DNA of 64,000 bases from an uncultured Chitinophagaceae bacterium (GTDB lineage Bacteria; Bacteroidota; Ignavibacteria; UBA10030; UBA8401): the NCBI GenBank assembly GCA_964409765.1, contig CAYPEM010000025.1, forward strand, positions 49-64,048. The letters run 5' to 3'. The stretch's first letter is position 1. The number at the start of each line of letters is the position of its first letter. Made by a program: the position numbers and the translations under genes. This document shows positions 37,305 through 47,663 of the stretch, piece by piece. Below the pieces are notes generated by a model, which was given only the letters and a program-made list of their open reading frames with translations, was not told where the DNA came from and did not search any database.

Positions 37305-37820
37305 TTAACTTAGATTTAATAATTTGCTTTCAATTATGCTAAATCCTCCGATATTCCAAGAAATAATAATTTCCATTTCTGAAGAGATTCTATAATTTGC
37401 CAACGTTAAATATCTAATACTAAAGTTATTAAATGAAACCCATCTGAAATTGGTTACTGTAAGCAATACAATATTACTCTTTGATTGAGTTTTTTTATTA
37501 TACTCATCACTCGGTTTTATAATTATTCCTTTGTTTACAAAATCAGATTCTAACTTGGCAGCTATTTCACTTTCAATATTTTTAGCATAATCCTTAAATG
37601 AGACATCTTGAATATTTAGATAATATTCTATGTTGATGAAACTATTTAATCCAATTAATGAATCCGGTTTATTTCCCCGATAAAATTCTTCAATTTCATC
37701 TCTCATTACGAATTCTACAGACGCTTGAAATATATTTGCAAAAATAATATTTTTGAATATTAAAAATATTAGACCTGCTGAGAGTAGAATAACGACATAG
37801 TATTTTTTATTAAATTTCAT
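37305..37820 (-). CDS. Hypothetical membrane-anchored protein (orphan, AT-rich)
   Basis: 171 aa with an N-terminal TM helix (YYVVILLSAGLIFLIF). The composition is rich in Ile, Asn, Lys, Phe and Ser. I recognise no motif. Confidence 0.45.
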   Translation of the reverse strand: MKFNKKYYVVILLSAGLIFLIFKNIIFANIFQASVEFVMRDEIEEFYRGNKPDSLIGLNSFINIEYYLNIQDVSFKDYAKNIESEIAAKLESDFVNKGIIIKPSDEYNKKTQSKSNIVLLTVTNFRWVSFNNFSIRYLTLANYRISSEMEIIISWNIGGFSIIESKLLNLS

Positions 37821-37944
37821 TCTCTAGAATTATAGCCTCCCATAATAACTGCCAATTTCATCTGATTCCTAAACTCTAGATGAAGAATTTTGTGAAAAAA
37901 TAACCTCTTTTTCCTTTCATTCCTAATGTATAATTAAAACAAAT

Positions 37945-37974
37945 AAAAAAGCAGACGGTCGCGTCTGCTTTTTT
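37945..37974. terminator. Bidirectional intrinsic terminator
   Basis: AAAAAA-GCAGACG-gtcg-CGTCTGC-TTTTTT, a perfect 7-bp stem flanked by A6 and T6. It lies 23 nt downstream of the HNH-like gene stop. Confidence 0.7.
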
Positions 37975-37996
37975 ATCTAAAAGAGGTAATTATTTT

Positions 37997-38323
37997 TTAC
38001 GTCTTCAAAATCTCTTTATACATCTTCTCTGTCGCCTGTAGATCGGTCTCAAATTCTACAAGTTGGATCAAGTCAAAGATCAAAGGAGCGAACGCTTTAT
38101 CATGAAGATTCACGATCTCCATATGTTTTGGACACAACGTTACCCCATTGTTATAGTACGGCTTCTCTTCACTACGACCGCTCTCAGTTTCGACTAAAAA
38201 GAGAACATCAATATCCATTGAACTGCCGCATCCGGGCCATTGACAAGACATCTTATCCCGCCTTAGTACGTACTTGCGAATATCTTCGTTATGAGCAGGA
38301 GTATTTCTGTTTGGAGGAGGCAT
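37997..38323 (-). CDS. Small HNH-like zinc-finger protein with a degenerate catalytic site
   Basis: 108 aa. IRKYVLRRDKMSCQWPGCGS...IDVLFLVE...NNGVTLCPKH follows the HNH layout (R-x2-V-x2-RD, Cys pair, N, C-x2-H). The His-His position reads LFLV. Confidence 0.5.
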   Translation of the reverse strand: MPPPNRNTPAHNEDIRKYVLRRDKMSCQWPGCGSSMDIDVLFLVETESGRSEEKPYYNNGVTLCPKHMEIVNLHDKAFAPLIFDLIQLVEFETDLQATEKMYKEILKT

Positions 38324-38405
38324 AATTGAATAAAATTTTTAATGCAATATAGACTTTTTCGGAGCGAACACAATAGACAATCAACACTATTAATTGTGTG
38401 TAATA

Positions 38406-39323
38406 TTATATGTGCTTTACAACAACATTCAGCGATTGTTCGACAAGAGTGACTTCCGTTTTGTTTACCTTCAATCCGAAGATTTCTCCATCGCCATGAA
38501 TTGGATATGGTATTTCACTTTTGATAACAAGAGATTTAGTATTAAAAGTTTCAATATTTTTTTTGCCGATATGTTTTCCGGTCATGACAAGGGGAAGAAT
38601 CGGAAGAACTTTTAGAATATTATCACCGGTCACTCCGCATACTTCAAACATTCCATCATCCGGTACTGCATTCGGCGTAAGCATAAATCCCCCTCCTTCC
38701 CATTTCCCATTTCCTACACATAATAGGAAGTAATTTTTTTCCCATTCTTTATTATTGCTCGAAACAGAAAAATAATGAGGTTTGTATCCCGCAAGCGTAT
38801 GCAGTAATGCAGAAAGGTACAATGGTATTCCCCGAAGCCAGCTAATTGAACTGACTTTTTTGGCAACTGCAGCATCAAATCCTAAACCGATGGAATTGAA
38901 GAATGACCGTTCCGATATCGTTCCATCAGCATGGGTCAATCTCACTTTTCCGGAATCGTATAGTACTATTTTCGGATGATGAAGCAGTGAAAGCAACTGC
39001 GATGGATTCTTTGGTGCGTTGACGATCCGAGCAAAATCATTTCCCGAACCTTCACTCAAGACTGCCAATGCGGCATTAGTTCCAACAAGTCCGGATGCAA
39101 CCTCATTCACTGTTCCATCACCGCCAATCGCAACAACGATTGATGATATAGAACTTGCTGTTCGTGCTAATATCGTTGCATCACCAGGTGCGTTTGTAAC
39201 TTTGAATGAATAATTGAGATCGGAATGCTTTAGTATATCTTCGAGTTTAGCCCGAATATGCTCCGCTTTCCCGCGACCTGCCTTTGGGTTAAGTATGAAG
39301 GTGATATGACCGGCTTTCATCAT
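38406..39323 (-). CDS. Diacylglycerol-kinase-family lipid kinase (YegS/BmrU-like)
   Basis: ILNPKAGRGKA and the GGDGTVNEV motif. I trimmed the start to ATG 39323 (ATGATGA overlaps the upstream TGA stop). The tracked longer N-terminal extension lies inside the permease gene. Confidence 0.8.
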   Translation of the reverse strand: MMKAGHITFILNPKAGRGKAEHIRAKLEDILKHSDLNYSFKVTNAPGDATILARTASSISSIVVAIGGDGTVNEVASGLVGTNAALAVLSEGSGNDFARIVNAPKNPSQLLSLLHHPKIVLYDSGKVRLTHADGTISERSFFNSIGLGFDAAVAKKVSSISWLRGIPLYLSALLHTLAGYKPHYFSVSSNNKEWEKNYFLLCVGNGKWEGGGFMLTPNAVPDDGMFEVCGVTGDNILKVLPILPLVMTGKHIGKKNIETFNTKSLVIKSEIPYPIHGDGEIFGLKVNKTEVTLVEQSLNVVVKHI

Positions 39324-40537
39324 TCGTAACGGAGGGCTTCTATAGGGTTGAGCTGCGCCGCTTTGCGTGCAGGATATAATCCAAAGAAAATTCCAATGGC
39401 AGCAGAGAATGTAAATGCTAGAAAAATGGATGATGTTGATACCATTGTTGTCCATCCCGCAAATGTTGAAATGAGATTGGAAGAAAGAACACCGAGCAGA
39501 ACGCCGATCAATCCGCCGAGCAGACTGAGCACAACTGCTTCTATGAGGAATTGCATCATGATATTTTTCGCTGTTGCACCAATCGCCATTCTGATCCCGA
39601 TCTCTTTGGTTCGTTCCGTGACAGAAACAAGCATGATATTCATGATGCCGATTCCGCCGACAATAAGCGAAATAGAAGCGATGGAAGCAAGTAGAATCGT
39701 CAACACCTGCGATGTTGATTGAGCAGCGGTTGCAATTTCCGTTTGGCTGCGTACCGTGAAATCATTCTCATCCCAAGCTTGAAGTTTATGACGGACGCGC
39801 AGCAATTCTGTTATCTGGGATTGCGCATCAGTCATTGCATCTTCACTGATGGCGGAGATCATAATATTGCTGAGATAGGTTTGTCCTGTCATTTTCTTCT
39901 GCACGGTGGTGTACGGTGCAATAATAATATCATCTTGATCCGAACCCTGGGCTGACTGGCCTTTTACAGAAAGAACACCGGTAATTTTGAACGGCATTTT
40001 TCTAATGCGGATAATTTGTCCGACCGGATCATTTCCTTTAAAAAGATTATCGGCAATTGTCTGACCTATCACGCATACTTTAGTAGCACCGCGAACATCA
40101 GCTTCCGTAAAATATTGACCGCTGGAAACCGGCCAGCTTCTGATCGTAAAATATTCAGGAGTAACTCCAACAACGCTTGCACGCCAATTCTGTTCCTGAT
40201 AGACAATTTGAGCACCATCGCGAACAGACGGAGAGGCTAATGCTACGGAAGGACATTGTGTCTGAATGGCAACGAGGTCTTCCGGTGACAGTGATGCAGA
40301 AGTTCCAGTTCCCGAACGAACGCCCCCTTGATTAAACGAACCGGGAAAAACGAGGATAACATTTGTTCCAAGCGATGCAATTTGTGATTTGATGTTTTCC
40401 TGCGCACCCGTTCCAACTGCCATCATTGCGATCACTGCACCGACACCAATAATAATCCCAAGCATCGTTAAAAACGATCGGATTTTATTTCGCGTTAATG
40501 AATTCACCGCTATTTCAAAGACATCGAATATTCCCAT
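39320..40537 (-). CDS. MacB/FtsX-type ABC transporter permease (no fused ATPase)
   Basis: 405 aa. The N-terminus AVNSLTRNKIRSFLTMLGIIIGVGAVI is followed by a large periplasmic domain. The C-terminal FtsX 3-TM module ends with the typical ...PARKAAQLNPIEALRYE. Confidence 0.85.
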   Translation of the reverse strand: MGIFDVFEIAVNSLTRNKIRSFLTMLGIIIGVGAVIAMMAVGTGAQENIKSQIASLGTNVILVFPGSFNQGGVRSGTGTSASLSPEDLVAIQTQCPSVALASPSVRDGAQIVYQEQNWRASVVGVTPEYFTIRSWPVSSGQYFTEADVRGATKVCVIGQTIADNLFKGNDPVGQIIRIRKMPFKITGVLSVKGQSAQGSDQDDIIIAPYTTVQKKMTGQTYLSNIMISAISEDAMTDAQSQITELLRVRHKLQAWDENDFTVRSQTEIATAAQSTSQVLTILLASIASISLIVGGIGIMNIMLVSVTERTKEIGIRMAIGATAKNIMMQFLIEAVVLSLLGGLIGVLLGVLSSNLISTFAGWTTMVSTSSIFLAFTFSAAIGIFFGLYPARKAAQLNPIEALRYE

Positions 40538-40539
40538 GA

Positions 40540-41841
40540 TCAGAATCTGCGAGGCATACCGCCGCCGCCTTGTTGGCGTTGTTGATTCAATGGAGAGGTC
40601 GATTGTGAATTTTGTGATTTCAATACAATTGTCCCAACGACAATCTCTTGCCCTTCATCCAACTTTCCTCGTATGATTTCAGTAAAAGTTCCATCGGAGA
40701 TTCCGGTTCGAACCATCACCGGAACCAGCTTCTTTCGTTCATTCATGATCCAGACTCGTGTAATTCCACGCGCCGCCATTCGTCGTTGGATCGATTGTTG
40801 ATCCATTCCTCCATTACTATTTCCCCCTCCTTCACGCTGCATGCGTTCACCCCATTGTCTTCTCCGTTCTGTGCGCGCAGAATCTTCTTTCACTAGTGAA
40901 GAATCTTTTTGTTGTTCTATATATTCTTCCGGCGGATTGAATCGAAGTGCAACCGTGGGAATTTTAATCACAGATTCCCTTTTTGTGATCTGAATGGTCA
41001 CCGTTGCAGTCATTCCCGGCATCAATTTCAGATCCGGATTGGGTACATCGATGATCACTGTATAATTGACAACATTCTGTTCAACTTTTGGCGAAAGACG
41101 AACTTGTCGAACTTTACCTCGGAACATTTGTTCCGGGTACGCATCGACCGTGAATGATACTTCCTGTTCTTCTTCAACTTTTCCGATATCCGCTTCATCA
41201 ACATTAGTCTGCACCTGCATTTTCGTCAGATCGTTTGCTATAGTAAATAAAGTCGGAGCAGATAAACTTGCCGCAACTGTTTGTCCAACATCAACCGCGC
41301 GTGAAATAACAACTCCATCGATGGGTGATTTAATTGTTGCATACCGGAGATTGATCTTAGCACGTTCTACTTGTGCAACAGATTGTTTCTTTGCGGCATC
41401 ATTAGATTCATATTGAGCGAGTGCAGCATCATAGTCAGCCTGTGATGCAAGATTCTTCTCGAGAAGGGTCTTCATTCGTTCGTAACTTCGTTTTGCTTCG
41501 TTGTATTGAGCTGTTGTTCGTTGTAAACTTGCTTCAGCGTCGCGGACACTTGCTTCCAAAAATGTCGGATCGATCTGTGCAACGATCTGACCTTGTTTCA
41601 CTTTATCATTGAAATCCACATTCACTTTTTGCAGTGTTCCTGAGACCTGCGAACCAACCTGAACTGTTCTTACAGCACTTAAAGTACCGGTTGCAGTGAC
41701 CACAACCTGAACATCTCCTTTTGTCACCTTTTCAAAACGAAATTGTATTTCTTCTGCAGTTGTTCTAAAATAAAAATAATATCCGGTAACACTAAAGAGG
41801 ATAACAATGGAAGCTATTGAGATCAACACTTTCTTTTTCAT
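40540..41841 (-). CDS. Efflux periplasmic adaptor (HlyD/MacA family)
   Basis: 433 aa. It has a TM anchor, a lipoyl/hairpin block (GSQVSGTLQKVNVDFNDKVKQGQIVAQIDP...), a coiled-coil, a beta-barrel domain and a Gly/Gln-rich tail. Confidence 0.85.
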   Translation of the reverse strand: MKKKVLISIASIVILFSVTGYYFYFRTTAEEIQFRFEKVTKGDVQVVVTATGTLSAVRTVQVGSQVSGTLQKVNVDFNDKVKQGQIVAQIDPTFLEASVRDAEASLQRTTAQYNEAKRSYERMKTLLEKNLASQADYDAALAQYESNDAAKKQSVAQVERAKINLRYATIKSPIDGVVISRAVDVGQTVAASLSAPTLFTIANDLTKMQVQTNVDEADIGKVEEEQEVSFTVDAYPEQMFRGKVRQVRLSPKVEQNVVNYTVIIDVPNPDLKLMPGMTATVTIQITKRESVIKIPTVALRFNPPEEYIEQQKDSSLVKEDSARTERRRQWGERMQREGGGNSNGGMDQQSIQRRMAARGITRVWIMNERKKLVPVMVRTGISDGTFTEIIRGKLDEGQEIVVGTIVLKSQNSQSTSPLNQQRQQGGGGMPRRF

Positions 41842-41860
41842 AACACCTATATGATTATTC

Positions 41861-41887
41861 GTTCCAATTAGACACCCCTATTGGAAC
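41861..41887. promoter_or_regulatory. 8-bp perfect inverted repeat GTTCCAAT-N11-ATTGGAAC upstream of the adaptor gene
   Basis: Read directly from the sequence, 20-46 nt upstream of the start at 41841. It could be an operator or a 5'-UTR hairpin. Confidence 0.25.
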
Positions 41888-41942
41888 AGGAGTTTAGTCA
41901 AGCACCAGTAAAAACAACAACTTTTGTGAGATTTGTTCCGCA

Positions 41943-41979
41943 GAAAAACGATCGGGGCCGGAAAATATCCGACCCCGAC
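41943..41979 (-). terminator. Intrinsic terminator of maeB
   Basis: Minus-sense hairpin TCGGGGTCGG-atatttt-CCGGCCCCGA (10 bp with one G-U pair) followed by TCGTTTTTCTG. It begins 8 nt after the stop codon. Confidence 0.6.
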
Positions 41980-41986
41980 TTGGAAC

Positions 41987-44248
41987 TTATGATTTACGTT
42001 CTATTGCTTCAACGGCACAAATTGCAGTCATATTGACGATATCAGTAACTTCAGCACCGTGCTGTAATACGTGCACAGGTTTTGCCATACCCATCAAGAT
42101 CGGTCCGATAATCTCTGCTTCGCCGATTCGACCCATCAGTTTATAAGCAACATTCGCTGCATTTAGATCTGGGAAGATCAAAATATTTGCGTTTTGTTTC
42201 AATGAACTGAACGGATAATCTTTTTCAAGAATTTCAAGCGTAACAGCAACATCGGCCTGCATCTCTCCATCGATCATCAGTTTTGGATCTCTTTTCTTTA
42301 CAATTTCTGTTGCGATACGGACTTTTTCCGCTTGTGGATGTTTATTGCTTCCAAAAGAACTGAACGACAACATACCTACCTTTGGTATGATATCAAATTG
42401 ACGAACTGTCTCAGCGGATTGCAGAGCGATTTCAGCCAGCATCTCAGCGTTGGGATCTATATTGACTGTTGTATCTGAGAAGAAATAAGTTCCTTTCTTT
42501 GCGATCACTGCATACATACCGGCAACACTTTTTACTCCGGGTTTCATTCCAATGATCTGCAGCGCCGGACGAATCGTATCGGCATAGGTTGTGGTCAATC
42601 CACCGATCACTCCATCAGCATATCCAAGGCGAGCCATCATCATTGCAAAATGGAAACGAAGGAGCATTGTTTTATTTGCATAGAATTGAGTAACACCTTT
42701 GCGTTGACGGATGGAATAGTATTCATCAGCAAATTTTTTATGATCGGCAAATGTCTTTGGATCAATGATCTCTATTTCATTTTCAAATTCAAGATGATTT
42801 TCTTTGATCAATCCAAGGATCTTTTCTTTCGGTCCGATCAGAATTGGTTTCACCATATTTTGATCGACAAGAATCTGAACAGCTCGAAGGATCTTCACTT
42901 CATCTCCTTCCGGGAACACAATGCGCTGCGGTTTCTGCTGTGCTTTGTGAATAATGAAGTTCATGAATTGTTTCGAACGGCCAAGACGCTCTTCCAACTG
43001 ATCGGCATATTTTTCCCAATCAGTGATCGGCGTTCTCGCAACACCGGTTTCAACAGCCGCCTTTGCAACAGCCGGTGCAACCCAACGCAGTACGCGTGGA
43101 TCGAATGGTTTTGGAATGATATAATCCTTTCCAAACCGGATCGGAGCACCTCCGTACGCTTTGATCACTGAATCAGGGACATCTTCTTTTGCTAATTGTG
43201 CCAATGCTCTGGCTGCGGCAACTTTCATCTCTTCGTTGATCGTTGTTGCACGAACATCCAGCGCTCCGCGGAAAATGAAGGGGAATCCGAGAACATTGTT
43301 CACTTGATTTTGATAATCAGATCGACCCGTTGCCATGATTACATCATTCCGAACACTATAAACATCTTCCGGTGTGATCTCCGGATCAGGATTCGCCATT
43401 GCAAAGATGATCGCGTTTGGCGCCATGGATTTTACCATCTCTTTAGTAATACTTCCCTTCACAGAAAGACCGAATACAACATCAGCTCCACTCATTGCAT
43501 CGGAAAGAGTTCGTGCGGGAGTATCAACAACAAAATCTTCTTTGTACTTGTTCATATCATTCGTGCGGCCTTTGTACAGAACACCTTTGCTGTCACACAT
43601 AATGACGTTTTCTTTTTTTACGCCTAGCAGCATATGTAATTTTGCGCAAGCCATTGCGGAAGCACCTGCACCGTTATACACTACTTTTACTTTTGCAATA
43701 CTTTTTCCGATGATCTCCAGTGCATTCATCAAACCAGCAGCGGAAATAATTGCCGTTCCATGCTGATCGTCATGAAAGACCGGGATATTCATTGTTCTGC
43801 GTAATTCCTGCTCGATCTCAAAACATTCCGGCGCTTTGATATCTTCGAGATTGATTCCGCCGAATGTTGGTTCGAGAGCTTGAACAACCTTAATGACTTC
43901 TTCTACATTTGTCGGACGAATCTCAATATCAAAGACATCGATATCGGCAAATTTTTTGAACAGAATCGCTTTACCTTCCATAACAGGTTTACCGGCTTCT
44001 GCACCGATATTTCCCAGTCCGAGAACCGCTGTTCCGTTGCTGATAACAGCAACGAGATTTCCTTTTGCAGTGTATTTATAAACATCATCCGGATTTTTGT
44101 GAATTTCCAGGCACGGTACTGCGACTCCCGGAGTGTATGCTAGTGAAAGGTCACGTTGGGTGGCAAATGGTTTTGTCGGCGTGATCTCAAGTTTACCTTT
44201 GCGTCCGGAACTGTGATATTCCAGCGCATCTTCTGGTCGAATTTTCAT
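41987..44248 (-). CDS. maeB: NADP-dependent malic enzyme (malic enzyme plus PTA-like domain)
   Basis: 753 aa. The N-terminal malic-enzyme blocks ([26 protein letters not shown]) and the roughly 330-aa phosphate-acetyltransferase-like C-terminal half are typical of MaeB. Confidence 0.9.
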   Translation of the reverse strand: MKIRPEDALEYHSSGRKGKLEITPTKPFATQRDLSLAYTPGVAVPCLEIHKNPDDVYKYTAKGNLVAVISNGTAVLGLGNIGAEAGKPVMEGKAILFKKFADIDVFDIEIRPTNVEEVIKVVQALEPTFGGINLEDIKAPECFEIEQELRRTMNIPVFHDDQHGTAIISAAGLMNALEIIGKSIAKVKVVYNGAGASAMACAKLHMLLGVKKENVIMCDSKGVLYKGRTNDMNKYKEDFVVDTPARTLSDAMSGADVVFGLSVKGSITKEMVKSMAPNAIIFAMANPDPEITPEDVYSVRNDVIMATGRSDYQNQVNNVLGFPFIFRGALDVRATTINEEMKVAAARALAQLAKEDVPDSVIKAYGGAPIRFGKDYIIPKPFDPRVLRWVAPAVAKAAVETGVARTPITDWEKYADQLEERLGRSKQFMNFIIHKAQQKPQRIVFPEGDEVKILRAVQILVDQNMVKPILIGPKEKILGLIKENHLEFENEIEIIDPKTFADHKKFADEYYSIRQRKGVTQFYANKTMLLRFHFAMMMARLGYADGVIGGLTTTYADTIRPALQIIGMKPGVKSVAGMYAVIAKKGTYFFSDTTVNIDPNAEMLAEIALQSAETVRQFDIIPKVGMLSFSSFGSNKHPQAEKVRIATEIVKKRDPKLMIDGEMQADVAVTLEILEKDYPFSSLKQNANILIFPDLNAANVAYKLMGRIGEAEIIGPILMGMAKPVHVLQHGAEVTDIVNMTAICAVEAIERKS

Positions 44249-44349
44249 GAGAACCTCTTCAGATTGATTTTTTTCTTTTCAGTTATTTATATGGTGTTGC
44301 ATTTGAAACGATGAAACAAATTTTTATTGATAAAACATTTCCAACACTT

Positions 44350-45003
44350 CTATCGTATCGGTATCCTTGCCTGCAGACGCCAATCATTTGTTCCCTGCAG
44401 GTTCGGACTGACTTCGAAATTATATAATGCGGCATCAACGTAGGCATCAAGGATCGTCATCACATAGGTTATTGCTAGATACCAGCCAAATTCATTTCGT
44501 TGTCTCTCATGGAATTTTCGTGTGTCCAGATAATAACTAATTTGATCACCGAGCTCTTCTTTTGCCAACGCATTTGAGGTCGTGTCATACACAATCAATG
44601 AAGTTTCATATTTTTTTTTGACCGCTTTGTACAGATCATCTTGATTCTTATACACAGAATAAAAATAATATCCCAAACCCCACACAACCGGAGCTTTCCA
44701 ATATGATTCATTATAGATCTGTCCCGCCCCCGGCAGGATCATCGTACTGAGCATAGCAATAGTTGTCGATTTTGGAGGAAGTATCGTTGTATCAGATACA
44801 CCAATTTGCATTGCGATCAGTGAATCTTCGTTTAAGTTCAGTTTGGAAAGCGTATCGGATTTGGCTGGAGTTGGAATTTCTGTTTGAGGGATAAAAAAGA
44901 TCGGAGTGCTAATCGGACGTTCGTATCTTGAAACGAACTGACCTGATGCTGTCACGCAAAAGATCAGTGAGAGCAAAAACGCATGTAAAAAATTTCTTGT
45001 CAT
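44350..45003 (-). CDS. DUF5683-like membrane protein
   Basis: 217 aa. LPGAGQIYNESYWKAPVVWG is the signature I associate with DUF5683 proteins, which are encoded downstream of parB in Bacteroidota-related genomes. Confidence 0.6.
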   Translation of the reverse strand: MTRNFLHAFLLSLIFCVTASGQFVSRYERPISTPIFFIPQTEIPTPAKSDTLSKLNLNEDSLIAMQIGVSDTTILPPKSTTIAMLSTMILPGAGQIYNESYWKAPVVWGLGYYFYSVYKNQDDLYKAVKKKYETSLIVYDTTSNALAKEELGDQISYYLDTRKFHERQRNEFGWYLAITYVMTILDAYVDAALYNFEVSPNLQGTNDWRLQARIPIR

Positions 45004-45387
45004 TTAAATTATGAGTGCAACAACTTCAATTTCAACTAACGCATCTTTCGGGAGTCGTGCTACTTCAACGGTCGATCGTGCGGGAGATGCATCGCCGAAA
45101 TATTGTCCGTACACTTCATTCATCGCTGCAAAATCATTGAAGTTCTTAAGAAACACTGTAGTTTTAACAACATGGGCACAATCGGTATGTGAAGCAGTGA
45201 GGATCGCTTTTAAATTCTCACACACTTGCTTAGTTTGCTCTTGAATTGTGGTCCCGGCCATCGCCCCTGATTTTGGATCAAGCGCAATTTGTCCGGCAGT
45301 AAACAATAATTGTCCTTGAACTGCGACCGCTTGATTGTACGGACCGATCGGTAATGGTGCTTTATCTGTTTTAATAATAGTTTTCAT
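45004..45387 (-). CDS. ridA: RidA/YjgF-family reactive-intermediate deaminase
   Basis: 127 aa. Contains KAPLPIGPYNQAV..., ...NEVYGQYF and ...PARSTVEVARLPKDALVEIE. Confidence 0.85.
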   Translation of the reverse strand: MKTIIKTDKAPLPIGPYNQAVAVQGQLLFTAGQIALDPKSGAMAGTTIQEQTKQVCENLKAILTASHTDCAHVVKTTVFLKNFNDFAAMNEVYGQYFGDASPARSTVEVARLPKDALVEIEVVALII

Positions 45388-45413
45388 AGTATTCCTTCCA
45401 AATAATTTTTTTA

Positions 45414-46334
45414 TTACATATCTAAAAGATCGATTAACCGCTCAAGATCATCCGAATTATAAAATTCAATTCCAATTTCCCCGCCGCTCGTGGTGTTTTT
45501 TCGGATCGTAACTTTTGTTCCAAATTTATGACGAAGACGTGTTTCTATTTGATTGAATGCTGCATTGCCCCGTAACGCCGGAGGTGTAGATGAAGAAGTG
45601 GATTTTCCAGGTTTTTTATTATCTCTTCCTTTTATTTCGTCTTCAATCTTTCGCACAGACCAACCATTCTCAATAATCTTATTGAACAATTTCAGTTGTG
45701 TCTTTTCATCGACAGCGCCGAGTAACGCTCTCGCATGTCCCATAGAAATTTTATTGTCACGGACACTTTGACGAATTTTTTCCGGTAGTTTGAGCAATCG
45801 TAAAAAATTTGTAATCGTCGAACGTTCTTTTCCTACTTTTTCCGCAACCTGATCCTGCGTCAGCTTGCACTCTTCCATCAACCGTTTAAAGGAAAGGGAT
45901 ATTTCTATCGGATTGAGATTCTCTCTCTGAAGATTCTCGATCAATCCCAATTCCAGCATTTCGGCATCACTGTCAACCTGCATCACGTATGCTGGAATAG
46001 TTTTCAATCCAAGCTCCTGTGATGCACGAACACGGCGCTCACCGGATATCAATTCGTAGATTCCCGACATCATTCGACGAACTGCGATCGGTTGGATGAT
46101 CCCGTTTTGTTTGATCGATTGTTTCAGTTCTTCTAATGATCGTTGATCAAAATCCTGTCGTGGCTGAAATGGATTGGGGGATATTTTCGAAATCTCAATT
46201 TCGGAAGTCGAACTTACAATATTCCCGTCACGCGGCAAAGGCTTGGTTGAAGATTGCTCACCTTGTTCTGGAATACGCGGTATTAATGCGCTTAACCCTT
46301 TTCCCAAGACTGATTTCGATTTAAAATCTGACAT
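45414..46334 (-). CDS. parB: Chromosome partitioning protein ParB/Spo0J
   Basis: 306 aa. Contains NPFQPRQDFD, the GERRVRAS ParB box and an HTH region. Confidence 0.9.
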   Translation of the reverse strand: MSDFKSKSVLGKGLSALIPRIPEQGEQSSTKPLPRDGNIVSSTSEIEISKISPNPFQPRQDFDQRSLEELKQSIKQNGIIQPIAVRRMMSGIYELISGERRVRASQELGLKTIPAYVMQVDSDAEMLELGLIENLQRENLNPIEISLSFKRLMEECKLTQDQVAEKVGKERSTITNFLRLLKLPEKIRQSVRDNKISMGHARALLGAVDEKTQLKLFNKIIENGWSVRKIEDEIKGRDNKKPGKSTSSSTPPALRGNAAFNQIETRLRHKFGTKVTIRKNTTSGGEIGIEFYNSDDLERLIDLLDM

Positions 46335-46359
46335 ATGATACTAATTGACGTTTAATTTT

Positions 46360-47178
46360 TTACAATGATTTCGCTACCGACTTCAATGATGCATCTCTAT
46401 GTGCGGCATGATTGTTCTGAGAATTCTTCATCACTTCTTTGGCAAGATCGATATAATTCTTACTTCCCGAGGAAACTGCATCATATAATAGTATAGGTTT
46501 TCCAAAACTTGGCGCTTCGCTTAATCGAACATTACGAGTAACGATCACAGAGAACACTTTTTCACCGAAATATTTCTTCACTTCATCTACAATTTGGTTC
46601 GATAACCGCAAACGCGAATCGAACATCGTCATCAGCACCCCTTCTATATCAAGGGTAGAATTGAATGATTTCTTTACACCGTTGATTGTATTCAGCAATT
46701 GACCAAGCCCTTCCAGTGCATAATATTCGCATTGCACAGGAATGAGAACAGAATCTGCAGCAGTCAATGCATTTAACGTGATCAAACTTAATGACGGTGG
46801 ACAATCAATGATGATATAATCGAATTTTTTACGAATGGAGGCGAGCGCTGTTCGTAATTTGTGTTCCCGATTCTCTTCATTCACCAATTCAACTTCAAGC
46901 CCGACCATATTGATGTGAGAAGGAAGAACAGAAAGAAAAGGCATTGAAGTCTTTATGACCGCATCTTCGGCTGCGATACTTCCATAGATTACTTCGTATG
47001 CACTTCGTTCGAGCGATTTGCTCTCAAAACCCACGCCGCTGGTAGCATTAGCCTGCGGATCAATGTCAATTAACAGTGTTTCTTTCTCAGCAGCCGCAAG
47101 GGATGCCGCAAGATTCACTGCTGTGGTGGTTTTTCCGACACCACCTTTTTGATTCGCTATGGCAATTACTTTTCCCAT
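46360..47178 (-). CDS. parA: Chromosome partitioning ATPase ParA/Soj
   Basis: 272 aa with the deviant Walker [23 protein letters not shown]. Confidence 0.9.
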   Translation of the reverse strand: MGKVIAIANQKGGVGKTTTAVNLAASLAAAEKETLLIDIDPQANATSGVGFESKSLERSAYEVIYGSIAAEDAVIKTSMPFLSVLPSHINMVGLEVELVNEENREHKLRTALASIRKKFDYIIIDCPPSLSLITLNALTAADSVLIPVQCEYYALEGLGQLLNTINGVKKSFNSTLDIEGVLMTMFDSRLRLSNQIVDEVKKYFGEKVFSVIVTRNVRLSEAPSFGKPILLYDAVSSGSKNYIDLAKEVMKNSQNNHAAHRDASLKSVAKSL

Positions 47179-47287
47179 TGTTTATTGCTTGCACTCGCTT
47201 AAATTTTTCTTATTTTGTATGAAACTGTAACAATATACTTCATTTCAAAAATGGAAGCAATGTATTTGCTTTCAATATCAATATCTT

Positions 47288-47662
47288 ATGGAAAAGTTCG
47301 TATTTATCGGTTTAGGTGGATTTTTGGGAAGTATTGCACGGTATGGATTGGCTTCTTTTGTACAAACAAAAACGGAAAGTCTCTTTCCGTATGGAACAAT
47401 GCTTGTAAATGTACTCGGTTGTTTCTTTATCGGTTTGTTAATGACTCTCTTTCAGGAACGGATCGTTGTCGGGGAAAACATTCGGTTGTTTCTTATCATC
47501 GGGGTTTTAGGAGGTTTCACAACTTTTTCTTCCTTCAGTTATGACACGTTTGCAATGGTGAAAACGGGAAATCTTCTTGGCGCAGGATTGAATGCCGGTA
47601 TAAGTCTGTTTGGTTGTTTGATCGCAACGTGGATTGGTTTTTTTGTAGCAGAGAATTTTTGA
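47288..47662 (+). CDS. crcB: Fluoride ion channel CrcB/FluC
   Basis: 124 aa with four TM helices. Contains GGFLGSIARY and GVLGGFTTFSSF. Confidence 0.85.
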   Translation: MEKFVFIGLGGFLGSIARYGLASFVQTKTESLFPYGTMLVNVLGCFFIGLLMTLFQERIVVGENIRLFLIIGVLGGFTTFSSFSYDTFAMVKTGNLLGAGLNAGISLFGCLIATWIGFFVAENF

Positions 47663-47663
47663 A

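Noticed and set aside
47179-47287. Fluoride riboswitch expected upstream of crcB.
   Set aside because: The 109-nt leader is AT-rich and shows none of the conserved crcB-motif features as I remember them (GGCGATGG...pseudoknot...CTGATGA). No convincing helices are present. A covariance-model (Rfam) scan would settle it.
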